A stretch of 64,000 bases of DNA from an uncultured Gemmatimonadales bacterium (GTDB lineage Bacteria; Gemmatimonadota; Gemmatimonadetes; Gemmatimonadales; GWC2-71-9): contig CAWCFX010000001.1 of the NCBI GenBank assembly GCA_963795085.1, forward strand, positions 672,001 to 736,000, read 5' to 3'. This document shows positions 51,782-62,696 of this stretch, one piece after another; within the stretch, counting starts at the first letter, position 1, and each line of letters opens with the position of its first letter. The position numbers and the translations under genes were made by a program. The notes under the pieces are model-generated. The model was not told the origin of the DNA and made no database searches. It worked only from the letters and a program-made list of their open reading frames with translations.

Positions 51782-53767
51782 TTACGGATGACCAGTGGTT
51801 GCGGGATTCTCGAAGCCCAGGCGTTCCGCGAGGGCTGCCAGCTCGGCGCTCGGAACCCGGCTGGCGGCCAGGCGCTCTCCAAACCGGGTCTGCGCATCGA
51901 AGGGGATGGCGAGTTCCAGCACCGAAAGCAACTCGAGGGCGCGGAAGACGGGGCTGGTTCCCCGGGTCTCCATGGCACCGATGGCGCTCACCAGGGCCCG
52001 CCGGACTGCGGCCGGGAGGTCGGTGTCGCCACTGGCGAGCGCCTGCCGCTGGTCATCGGTCAGGACCTCCTCCACCAGCTGCCGGCGGCGCGCCTGGCCC
52101 GCCAGCTGCCGGTGGCGGTCCCACAAATCGGTCGCGTTGAGCCGCCAGGCCAGGGGGGACGCCATCGCGTTCTCTGCCAAGGTAACCTCGATTTCGGTTT
52201 CCAGCAGTCCGACCCGGAACCGGTGTTCCCGGCTGGTGCGGCGATGGCGGAGTTCGATGTCCCAGGCGCCTTCGCCTGCCCTCGAGACGACTGCTGTGAA
52301 CGCTCTAGCCTGGCCCAGGGCGGGGTCGAGGCTCAGCGACCCGAGGAGCGCCAGGCCGGCCGCGTGGCGAATCTCCGGGGCGATGGCGGGCTTGGCGCGG
52401 GCCAGATAGATCTGCCGGCCATCTCCCTCCCGGGGATCATTGCTGCGCGCTTCCGCCAGCCGCCGGAGAAACTCCGCCTCGATCCGGGTGCCGTCCGGCC
52501 CGGCCAGTTCAATGGCGCGCGCGGCATACTTGAGCACCTGGACCGGTTCGATGCCGGCCAGGTCATCGAAGAACCATGCGCACGACGTGTAGACGAGCAA
52601 CGCGTGCCGCTCCAGTTCCATCAGTTCCCGGCCCCGCGGGCTCGCCCCCGCGTCCTCACCCCCGGGGTCGTACCGGTTCCGGGTCTCCCAGATATCGTCG
52701 AACAGTGCGGCCCCCTCCCGCTCGTAGATGGCGTGAATCTCTCCCGCGAGCCAATCCAGCGAGGACCGCAGCACACTGCGCCAGAGCTGGCGGGTGGGCA
52801 GGTGGGGAGCGATGCGGCAGCCGCATTCTGACCGCCAGCGCTCCACGCCGTGGGCGCAGCTCCAGCTGCTGGGCGCGTTCAGAGTCACCGGGTGGATGGC
52901 CGGGTGGCGGGCCAGCACGGTTGCAAAGTTTTCGGGAGCGGGGGAGCGCAGCTCATGAATGACCCGGGCCAGCGCCATCTCCCCGAACGTGTGGTGGTGG
53001 CCGTAGGTCTCGCCATCGGTGGCGATCGCGACGATGCCCGGCGCGTCCCCGAGCCGCGAGATCCAGCGCCGGGCGTCGCGAATCAGTTCCCCGAACGCCA
53101 CCCCGTGTGACAGATCCCCGTCGTAGAAAAACAGCGCGATCTCCCGGCCCCCGGGGGTGCGGTAGAGCCCGGGGAGGCCATGGGGAGGCAGGGGCTGGGC
53201 CTGGTGGGGCGCCAGGACGGTGAACCGGATGCCCTGTTCGGCCAGTACGTCGAGCGTCTCCTCATCCACCGCGGTTTCCGGCAGCCACATGCCCTCGGGC
53301 TCCCTCCCGAACCGGCGGGTGAAGTCGCGAATGCCCCAGCGTACTTCGGTCACCTTGTCCCGCCGGGTGCTGAGCGGAAGAATGGCGTGATGGTAGGGGT
53401 GGGCGATGGCGTTGCCATGGCCCAGGCGGGCGATGCTTTCCCGGTCTGCCTCGAGGATCGCCTGGTAGGTATCCGGTGCCTCTCTCTCCAGCCAGGTGAA
53501 GAGGGTGGGACCGAAGTTGAAGCTGCTCCAGGCCAGCGTGTTGATGATCTCGGCGATCCTGCCGGTGGGTCCCGGCAGCCGGGCCGCCGTGACCGCGCGG
53601 TACGATTCGGTCTCGATCCGCTGGTTCCAGTCGTGATAGGGCGCCGCGGTCGGCTCGGCCTCGATCTCTTCCAGCCAGGGATTCTCGCGGGGCGGCTGAT
53701 AGTAGTGGCCGTGGATGACCACTGCCGGCGCGGGGGGCGGGGTGGCGGGATCGCGGGTGCGAGTCAC
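51782..53767 (-). CDS. GH57-family protein, DUF3536 type
   Basis: IHGHYYQPPRENPW, GMWLPETAVD, ATDGETYGHH, SWSCAHGVERW, YTSCAWFFDD; start GTG 53767. Confidence 0.88.
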   Translation of the reverse strand: MTRTRDPATPPPAPAVVIHGHYYQPPRENPWLEEIEAEPTAAPYHDWNQRIETESYRAVTAARLPGPTGRIAEIINTLAWSSFNFGPTLFTWLEREAPDTYQAILEADRESIARLGHGNAIAHPYHHAILPLSTRRDKVTEVRWGIRDFTRRFGREPEGMWLPETAVDEETLDVLAEQGIRFTVLAPHQAQPLPPHGLPGLYRTPGGREIALFFYDGDLSHGVAFGELIRDARRWISRLGDAPGIVAIATDGETYGHHHTFGEMALARVIHELRSPAPENFATVLARHPAIHPVTLNAPSSWSCAHGVERWRSECGCRIAPHLPTRQLWRSVLRSSLDWLAGEIHAIYEREGAALFDDIWETRNRYDPGGEDAGASPRGRELMELERHALLVYTSCAWFFDDLAGIEPVQVLKYAARAIELAGPDGTRIEAEFLRRLAEARSNDPREGDGRQIYLARAKPAIAPEIRHAAGLALLGSLSLDPALGQARAFTAVVSRAGEGAWDIELRHRRTSREHRFRVGLLETEIEVTLAENAMASPLAWRLNATDLWDRHRQLAGQARRRQLVEEVLTDDQRQALASGDTDLPAAVRRALVSAIGAMETRGTSPVFRALELLSVLELAIPFDAQTRFGERLAASRVPSAELAALAERLGFENPATTGHP

Positions 53768-53774
53768 CTGGTGC

Positions 53775-55352
53775 TCATCCCAATGCCGCCGCAACCGCCG
53801 GCAGGATGTCCGGAAATAATCCATCGCGGCCGCCCAGCTGCTCCGCCAGGCGGGAGGCGGGTCCGATGAACTCAGGCGCCGCCAGCCCCGCCACCAGTCC
53901 CTCGGCGGCATCGCAGTGCTCGCGGAAGCGCCGCTCCGCGTAATCGGCCGCCGCCCCGGTGGTGATGATGAACGGCCAGTCGGACGATTGGGCCAGCAGT
54001 AGTTCCCGCGCGGCCTGGGCCAGGACGTAATGGCTGCGCGGCTCGGCCAGCGCCGGCCTGGCCACCCGCCAGAACGCCTCGTCCAGGGCGGCCATCCGTT
54101 CCCAGATCCACTCGGTCGCCGGGTTTTGCCACATGCTGAAGTCGCCGTTGGCGCCCCAGGAGCCCTCCGATAATTCGATCGCCTCCGCGGCGGGATTCTG
54201 GTCCAGGTGACGAGCGGCGGTGGCGGGCCGGACGTTGCGGGTGCGGCCCAGCACTTCGAAGAGCGCGCCGAGAAATTCCGGACCTTCGAACCACCAGTGC
54301 CCGAACAGCTCGGTGTCGAACGGCGCCACGATGCCGCCACCCGGCTTACCGCGTTGCCTCGCCGTATCCTGCAGCAGGGAGGCGAAGTGGCGGGCATGGT
54401 GCCGGGCCCGGGAGCGGGCCGATTCCGGCCGATAGGGGAGCTTCTGGCCGAGGTCGCTGCCCGGACTGCTCACCCGCCACAGGCGGAGTCCTTCCGGCCA
54501 GCGAATCTTGTGGAACTCGAGGTAGTGCTCATCCCCCGGATAGCCCTCGTAGCGGCTCCACACCTGGCGGGAGGTCACCGGGTCGCGGAGCAGCGCGGTG
54601 GCGGGCCCGACCCGGTAGGCGTGGTAGGGAGAATGTTCCCGGGGCCGGGTCGGCGGCCTGGGCACGGTGGTCCGGGTTTCACCGGCGGCATAGACATCGG
54701 CCGGATCGCCGGCGGCAGCTACATGAGCGTCGCTCCAGAAGTACTCGAACCCGGCGCGGCTCACGCGGGTTTCGATGCCGGGGCGGTAAGCGCACTCGGG
54801 CACCCAGCAGCCGCGCGCCCGCAGGCCGAAGAGCCGCTGGTGCTCGGAGAACCCCAGCCTCAGCTGCAGGTCAACGCTTTCCCGCCTGTGGAGCAGCGGG
54901 AGCAGGCCGTGGGTGGCCGCGGAGCCGGACAGTTCGATCCGGCCGTCCCGGGCCAGCCGGGCGAAGGCCCCGACCAGGTTGCCGTGCACCGACCGAAAGA
55001 GAGCCCGCAGCCTGGTGAGGCGGCGGGCCCAGAAGACGGCGATCCCGGCCAGTTGCTGGTCGCCGGTTGCGGCCAGGGTGCGGGGAGCCTCGGCCGCGGC
55101 CTGGAGCCGATGGTCGAAGTAACTCTCAAGGAGGGCGGGAAACCCGGGGTCCGCCAGCTGGTTCGCGAGGACCGGGGTGAAGCCCAGCGTCAGGGGCGCC
55201 GGAATGTCCTCGTTTTCCAGCCGCAGCAGCACCTCCAGCAGGGGCAGATAGCTGTCGATGGCGGCTTCGGCCAGCCAGTCGCTGCCGTGGGGCCAGCGGC
55301 CGTGATGGAGGACGTAGGGGAGGTGGCTGTGCAGGACGAGGACTACGTCCAT
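53775..55352 (-). CDS. GH57 1,4-alpha-glucan branching enzyme (DUF1957 type)
   Basis: LHSHLPYV, WVPECAY, PFDTELFGHWWFEG, ELLLAQSSDWPF. Confidence 0.9.
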   Translation of the reverse strand: MDVVLVLHSHLPYVLHHGRWPHGSDWLAEAAIDSYLPLLEVLLRLENEDIPAPLTLGFTPVLANQLADPGFPALLESYFDHRLQAAAEAPRTLAATGDQQLAGIAVFWARRLTRLRALFRSVHGNLVGAFARLARDGRIELSGSAATHGLLPLLHRRESVDLQLRLGFSEHQRLFGLRARGCWVPECAYRPGIETRVSRAGFEYFWSDAHVAAAGDPADVYAAGETRTTVPRPPTRPREHSPYHAYRVGPATALLRDPVTSRQVWSRYEGYPGDEHYLEFHKIRWPEGLRLWRVSSPGSDLGQKLPYRPESARSRARHHARHFASLLQDTARQRGKPGGGIVAPFDTELFGHWWFEGPEFLGALFEVLGRTRNVRPATAARHLDQNPAAEAIELSEGSWGANGDFSMWQNPATEWIWERMAALDEAFWRVARPALAEPRSHYVLAQAARELLLAQSSDWPFIITTGAAADYAERRFREHCDAAEGLVAGLAAPEFIGPASRLAEQLGGRDGLFPDILPAVAAALG

Positions 55353-55356
55353 GCGT

Positions 55357-56841
55357 TCAGAATGCGCTGTGCGGCGGATCCGCCAGGACCCGCTGGTATA
55401 CCTCAGTGTACTTCTCGCCGGAGCGGGCCCAGCTGAAGTCGCGCGACATGGCTTCGACCATGAGACGCTTCCACACCTCGCCGTCGTGGTAATAGTCCAT
55501 CACGGCCCGGGCGATCCGCAGCAGGTCTTCCGAGGAATACTCGTCAAAGAGAAAACCGGTGACCCCGTCTTCTACGGTATCGGCGATCCCGCCGACCCGC
55601 CGGGCCAGCGGGATCGCGCCGTAGCGCTGGGCCCGCATCTGGGCCAGGCCGCACGGCTCGTAAAGCGAGGGCATGAGGTACATGTCGGCGCCCGCCATCA
55701 GCCGGTGCTCGATCCGTTCGGTAAACCCGAGGTGCACGGCGATCCGGTCGGGCCAGCGGGACGCGTAATGCTTGAGCATCGCTTCGTATTTGGGCTCGCC
55801 GGTGCCGAGGAAGATGAACTGCGCCTCCAGCATGAAGAGCGTGTATTCGCCGACGATCAGCTCCAGCCCTTTCTGGGATGTCATCCGGGCGGTCATGACG
55901 AACAGCGGCATCCGGGAGCGCTGGGGCAGCCCGAAGGTCCGCTGCAGCGCCGCCTTGCACCGTTTCTTCCCCTTGAGGTCCTCCGGTGAGTAGCGGGCGG
56001 TGATGACCTTGTCGGTCGCCGGGTTCCACTCCTCGAAATCGATTCCGTTCACGATCCCCGAGAACCGGTTGCGGAGCGAGATGAACACGTCGTGCAGGCC
56101 GAAACCGCCTTTCACGGTCTTGAGCTCGTGCGCGTGGGTGGGGCTTACGGTGACGGTCGCGTCCGAGAAGACCAGCGCCCCCTTGAGGAGGTTGGTCTGG
56201 CCGTGCCATTCCAGGTACTGCCAGGTAAACAGCTCCCAGGGCAGACCGATCTGCGGCATGACGTCCGCCCCGTAGTAGCCCTGGAAGCCGGCGTTGTGCA
56301 CCGAGAATACCGTGCGGAACCCGCGGTGGAAGGTGCTGCTGGCGAACTGGGTGCGGAGATAGACCGGTGCCAGCGCGGCGTGCCAGTCATGGGCATGCAG
56401 GATGGAGGGCGAACGGGCGATCCGGGGCAGCAGCTCCAGCGCGGCCATGCAGAAAAAGGCCCAGCGCTGGGGGTTGTCGCCGTAGTCGGAACCACCCTCG
56501 CCATAGAGGCCCGCGCGGTCGAAGTACTCGTGCTCGATGCAGTAGATCTTCGGCTTGCTGGGCTCCACCGGGAGGCGGTAGAGGCGGCCCTCTTCGGTCC
56601 GGGGTCCGACCTGCACGGCAAACGGCTGGCCCACCCGTTCCAGCTGGCCGGCGACTTCCCGCACCGAGCGGTGCAGTGGCATGATGACCGCGACCGGAAT
56701 GCCCTGGGCCGCCTGGTACTCGGCCAGCCCCATGACCGCCTCCGCCAGGCCGCCGGTGCGGGCCAGGGAATCATACTCCGCGGCGAGATGCACCACCCCC
56801 ACGGGAGTGCCGTCGATGGTGCCCAGCGGATTTACAGCCAT
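55357..56841 (-). CDS. glgA: Glycogen/starch synthase (GT5)
   Basis: GGAGG RBS; RTGGLA, HAHDWHA, HNAGFQG, QKGLEL, MPSLYEPCGLAQ. Confidence 0.92.
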   Translation of the reverse strand: MAVNPLGTIDGTPVGVVHLAAEYDSLARTGGLAEAVMGLAEYQAAQGIPVAVIMPLHRSVREVAGQLERVGQPFAVQVGPRTEEGRLYRLPVEPSKPKIYCIEHEYFDRAGLYGEGGSDYGDNPQRWAFFCMAALELLPRIARSPSILHAHDWHAALAPVYLRTQFASSTFHRGFRTVFSVHNAGFQGYYGADVMPQIGLPWELFTWQYLEWHGQTNLLKGALVFSDATVTVSPTHAHELKTVKGGFGLHDVFISLRNRFSGIVNGIDFEEWNPATDKVITARYSPEDLKGKKRCKAALQRTFGLPQRSRMPLFVMTARMTSQKGLELIVGEYTLFMLEAQFIFLGTGEPKYEAMLKHYASRWPDRIAVHLGFTERIEHRLMAGADMYLMPSLYEPCGLAQMRAQRYGAIPLARRVGGIADTVEDGVTGFLFDEYSSEDLLRIARAVMDYYHDGEVWKRLMVEAMSRDFSWARSGEKYTEVYQRVLADPPHSAF

Positions 56842-56855
56842 AGAGGTGCCGCCTG

Positions 56856-59018
56856 TCAGTACGTGTCGATCGGTGGATCGTCCGGCGTCTGGTAGCCTCG
56901 AATCGCGGGGACGTAATAGTCCCGGGCGTAGTCGCCGACCATGCGGCGGGCCGTGAACAGGTTGCCGGCCACCCGAATCGCATTGCGCATCCGTTCGAGC
57001 CAGCCGGTGGGAATGCCCCGCTCGTCGCGGTCGTAGTACAGCGGGATCACCTGCTTCTCCAGCAGGGTATACAGATGTTCGGCGTCGGACTCGTCGGCCT
57101 CCTCGTCGGCGCCGCCCTGGGGGATGGCCCAGCCGTTGGTCCCGTCGTAGCCCTCGGCCCACCAGCCGTCCAGGGTGCTGATCTGGGGGACGCCGTTGAG
57201 GGCCGCTTTCATGCCGCTGGTTCCGCTGGCCTCCAGGGGCACCCGGGGCAGGTTGAGCCAGACATCCACGCCCTGCACCAGCACGTGGGAGACGTGCATT
57301 TCGTAGTCCTCGATGAACGCCACCCGACCCTCAAACTGGGGATCCCGGGTGAATTTGTACACCCGCTGGAGCAATTCCTTGCCGGGCTGGTCGGCCGGGT
57401 GGGCCTTGCCCGCGAACACGATCTGGACCGGGCGCCAGGGGTTCACCAGGAGCCGGCGCAGCCGCTCCGCATCGCGGAACATGAGGTCGGCCCGCTTATA
57501 GGTGGCGAACCGGCGGGCGAATCCGATGGTGAGGGCGTGGTGATCGAGCAGGGTGCCGGCCCCCACCACGTGGGCCGCTTCCTTCCACTGGGTGGCCCAG
57601 CGGTTGCGGGCGTCCTCCCGCATGGCGCGGAGCAGGGTGGACTTGAGTCGCATGTGGGTGAACCACAGTTCCTCGTCGTCCAGCGTCAGCACCTGGTCCC
57701 AGAAGCCCGCCTCGGTCGCCCGCGCGTCCCAGCCCGGCCCCAGGTGGCGGTCCATCAGCATCAGGGCGGGCTTGGCCATCCAGGTGCCGACGTGTACCCC
57801 GTTGGTGATGTGCCCGATGGGGACCTTCGAGGTCGCCCGCCCGGGCCAGAGATCCTTCCACAGGTCGCGGGAGACATCGCCGTGCACCTTGGAGACGCCG
57901 TTGATGCCCCGGGAGAGCCGCATCGCGAGCGCGGTCATGTGGAACTCCTCCGGGCCTTCCGACGGGTGCCTGCCGAGAATAAAGAACTGCTCCCGCGTGA
58001 TGCCCATCTCGGTCCAGAACTCGCCCACGCACTTGGCCACCTGGTCCACCGGGAAGTGGTCGTGCCCCGCCGGTACCGGGGTATGGGTGGTGAAGATACT
58101 GGCCTCGCGGACCCGGGCCACCGCCTCCTTGAAGGAGAGTCCTTCCGCCGCGTACTCGCGCAGCCGCTCGACGCCCATGAACGCCGCATGGCCCTCGTTG
58201 GCATGCCACGCGGCGGGATGGATCCCGGCGGCCCGGAGCGCCCGCACCCCGGCCACGCCCAGAATCCATTCCTGCTTGAGGCGGAGGTCGGCGCCCACTC
58301 CGTAAAGCTTGGTGGAAAGCTCCCGGTCCTGGGGGTCGTTTTCTTCCAGGTCGGTGTCCAGCAGGTAGAGCGGCACCCGCCCGACCAGCATCTTCCAGGC
58401 TCCGACATGCACCGTCCGGCCGAAACAGGTCACCGTGGTCAGCCAGGGCTCGCTCTGGGGCCCGTACACGGGGACCAGCGGGGTCACCGGGAAGTCGAAC
58501 TGCTCGTCCCGGTCCTCCTGCCAGCCGTCGAGTCCTAGGTGCTGGTCGAAGTAGCCGCGGGTGTACATCAGGCCGACGCCGGTGAGCGGCACGCCCAGGT
58601 CGCTGGAGGCCTTGCAGTGGTCGCCAGCCAGGATACCCAGGCCGCCGGAATAGATCGGGACCGAGTTGTGCAACCCGAACTCGGCGCAGAAATAGGCGAT
58701 CGTCTTCCGATCGGGGGCGGGATAGTTGAGATGGAACCAGGTCTGGTCGGCGGAGGCTTCGGCCGCCATCCACTCGTTCAGCGCGTCGAGCCGGCGCAGG
58801 AACTCCGGGTCCTGCGACAGGGTGGCCAGGCGGCCCGGATCCACCCGCCGGAGCAAGTCGATCGGGTTGTGGCGGGTCAGGTGCCAGAGCGGCTCGTCAA
58901 TGGAACGAAACAGGGCGCGAGCATCAAGATTCCAGCTCCAGGCGAGATTGGTGGCCAGCGCGGCCAATCCTTCCAGACGGGGAGGGAGAAACGGGATCTT
59001 GCTGCGAAGTGGATTCAT
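56856..59018 (-). CDS. glgP: Alpha-glucan (glycogen) phosphorylase
   Basis: YSGGLGILAGD, NEGHA, FARRFATYKR, EASGTSGMK. Confidence 0.95.
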   Translation of the reverse strand: MNPLRSKIPFLPPRLEGLAALATNLAWSWNLDARALFRSIDEPLWHLTRHNPIDLLRRVDPGRLATLSQDPEFLRRLDALNEWMAAEASADQTWFHLNYPAPDRKTIAYFCAEFGLHNSVPIYSGGLGILAGDHCKASSDLGVPLTGVGLMYTRGYFDQHLGLDGWQEDRDEQFDFPVTPLVPVYGPQSEPWLTTVTCFGRTVHVGAWKMLVGRVPLYLLDTDLEENDPQDRELSTKLYGVGADLRLKQEWILGVAGVRALRAAGIHPAAWHANEGHAAFMGVERLREYAAEGLSFKEAVARVREASIFTTHTPVPAGHDHFPVDQVAKCVGEFWTEMGITREQFFILGRHPSEGPEEFHMTALAMRLSRGINGVSKVHGDVSRDLWKDLWPGRATSKVPIGHITNGVHVGTWMAKPALMLMDRHLGPGWDARATEAGFWDQVLTLDDEELWFTHMRLKSTLLRAMREDARNRWATQWKEAAHVVGAGTLLDHHALTIGFARRFATYKRADLMFRDAERLRRLLVNPWRPVQIVFAGKAHPADQPGKELLQRVYKFTRDPQFEGRVAFIEDYEMHVSHVLVQGVDVWLNLPRVPLEASGTSGMKAALNGVPQISTLDGWWAEGYDGTNGWAIPQGGADEEADESDAEHLYTLLEKQVIPLYYDRDERGIPTGWLERMRNAIRVAGNLFTARRMVGDYARDYYVPAIRGYQTPDDPPIDTY

Positions 59019-59164
59019 GGCCCCTGGCTGAAACGGCGTGAAGTGGCGGGTGCGCAGTGAGTCGTGAGTAATGAGCAGAGAGCGGTCAGCAGGAAGCCAT
59101 GAGAGGCCCGTCCGGCCAGGCGCGGCGGGACGCTGTTCCCGCCTCCGGCTTCCCGCTCACTTTA

Positions 59165-60841
<1,677 letters not shown>

Positions 60842-60955
60842 GGCGCCGAAGATAATCCCGCGCTCTGGTCCGGAGAAGGCGCGATCACCGGGTCTGTAAC
60901 CCCCCTGCCCCCGCGACCGTTGGTTTCCGTCTCAATCCACCACGGTGTATCTCGC

Positions 60956-61368
60956 ATGAATCTCACCATCCGGGTCAACGGCCGACCCCGGGTCATCGGA
61001 TGTTACCCCCGAGAGGCCGCTCCTCTGGGGCGAGCCGGGGTAGACCGGGTGGTGCGCGCAGCGGATTGTGGGCCTGGTGATTAGCCCGCGGGGGATGGAA
61101 GCCCAGGTCGAAGGCTCCATCGTGTTGGGCTGGGGGCGATGCTCACACGGGAGGTCACGGTGGAGGGTGGTCGGTTGGTGCAGGGGAATTTCGGCGACGG
61201 TCCGCTGCTCACCATGCGGGAGACGTCCCGCTTGGAAACCCACATCGTCTCCCGTACCGCGCCGCTGGGGGGAGGGGCGAGCCGGCCCTGCCGCCGGTGG
61301 CACCGGCGGTGGCGAACGCCGTCTTCGCGGCCAGCGGACGAAGAATTCGAACGTTGCCGATCACCTGA
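60956..61368 (+). pseudogene. Collapsed iorA/iorB-like (xanthine dehydrogenase family) remnant
   Basis: MNLTIRVNG..DVTPERPLLW (2Fe-2S subunit start) joined to [53 protein letters not shown] (molybdopterin subunit end), with frameshifts. Confidence 0.8.
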
Positions 61369-61393
61369 GCGGACCTTGACCGGCATGGATACG

Positions 61394-61426
61394 TCAAAGG
61401 GGCACGCCAGCGGGCGTGCCCCTTGA
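61394..61426. terminator. Hairpin terminator downstream of the SWIB gene
   Basis: AAGGGGCACGCC-AGCG-GGCGTGCCCCTT. Confidence 0.75.
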
Positions 61427-61447
61427 TGTGACGTACCGCGTGCGATC

Positions 61448-61804
61448 CTACTTCACGTGCTTGTTCACCAGCTTGGTCATGTCGAACATGGACACCTTCG
61501 ACTTGCCGCCGAAGACCGCCTTGAGGTTCTCGTCGGCGTTGATCATGCGGCGCTCGCGGGAATCCTGGAGGCCTTTCCGCTTGATGTACTGCCACAGCTT
61601 CTTGGTGAGCTCGGTGCGGGGCAGCGGGGTGCTGCCGACCACCGGGGCGAGCAGGGCGTCCGGCTGCACCGGCCTCATGAAGGCCGCATTGGGTTTCCGC
61701 TTGCTCTTGGTCTTGGTGGCCTTCTTGGCCGCCTTGCGGCGGACCGGCTTCTTGGCGGACTTCTTGGCGGACTTCTTCGCGGCTTTCTTCTTTTTCGCGG
61801 CCAT
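61448..61804 (-). CDS. SWIB/MDM2-domain protein with Lys/Ala-rich histone-H1-like N-terminus
   Basis: MAAKKKKAAKKSAKK..; KPNAAFM..PRTELTKKLWQYIK..LQD..MINAD..VSMFDMTK. Confidence 0.92.
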   Translation of the reverse strand: MAAKKKKAAKKSAKKSAKKPVRRKAAKKATKTKSKRKPNAAFMRPVQPDALLAPVVGSTPLPRTELTKKLWQYIKRKGLQDSRERRMINADENLKAVFGGKSKVSMFDMTKLVNKHVK

Positions 61805-62117
61805 CGTTTTCTCCCTTGGTGAAGTGGCTGAAGAGCGGCTTTCCCTCTGGGACAACGGTCCTTCGCGACACCAAAGTACAACATTGTCCCCGGCGCGCCA
61901 ATAGCGAACCGCCCCGTTTCCCCTCTGAGAAGCGACCTTTTTCCCTCTTGGGGTGAGCCGGCTGTTCCGGAAAACGGGCCTGTCTCCCTCGGAAAACCAC
62001 TGTTTTTCCCTCTGGACAGAACCTCGGTTGACCGAACCCGCCGCCCGCCCGCCCTCTCGCGGGAACCCCGAAAATGGTATGTTTCTCCCCGTACCCCGCT
62101 CGACCCGAGGTGACCCT

Positions 62118-62681
62118 ATGAAAACCGAATTGGTGCTGGCGTTCGTCGCCGGTGCGCTGGCCCTGACTCCTCCCCTCGCCGCACAGGACAGCATTCCGCT
62201 GGCCGTCGGCACCAGGGCCCCCGACGTTGCGCTGGTGGGCGCCACCCGGGACGGCGTGCTGCCCGACTCGGTTCGCCTCAGCGACTTCCGCGACCAGACC
62301 GTGGTCATCGCCTTCTTCTACCGGGCCAGGAGCGGCGGCTGAACCGTCCAGATGAACGCGTACCGTGATCAGTACGCGACGCTGTTTAACGGTGGCCAGA
62401 AGGTCACCCTGCTGGCGGTGAGCGTGGATTCGGCCGGCGTCCTCGCCCAGTGGGCCCTGGAAAGCGGGTACCCCTTCCGCTTCCTGAGCGATCCCGAGGG
62501 GATCGCCGGGCGGGCCTTCGGGGCCTGGCACGCAGGGCGCCGGGTGGACAACCGCTCCCTCTTCGTGATCGGGCCCGACGGCGTCATTCAGCACCGGCAG
62601 ATCCCCTTCCGGGAGATCGATCCCGCCGCGTACCGCGAACTGGAAGCCGCCGTGGACCGGATCGCGGGAACCACCGACTAA
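62118..62681 (+). CDS. Secreted peroxiredoxin-like (AhpC/TSA, BCP-like) selenoprotein; TGA 62340-62342 read as Sec
   Basis: Two in-frame ORF halves join as FFYRARSGG-U-TVQM at the peroxidatic Cys position; GAGG RBS; signal peptide; downstream hairpin. Confidence 0.85.
62357..62378 (+). promoter_or_regulatory. Candidate bacterial SECIS element
   Basis: CGCGTAC-CGTGATCA-GTACGCG, 7-bp perfect stem starting 14 nt after the UGA, G at loop position 2. Confidence 0.65.
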
Positions 62682-62696
62682 CGGAGGACACTTCGG

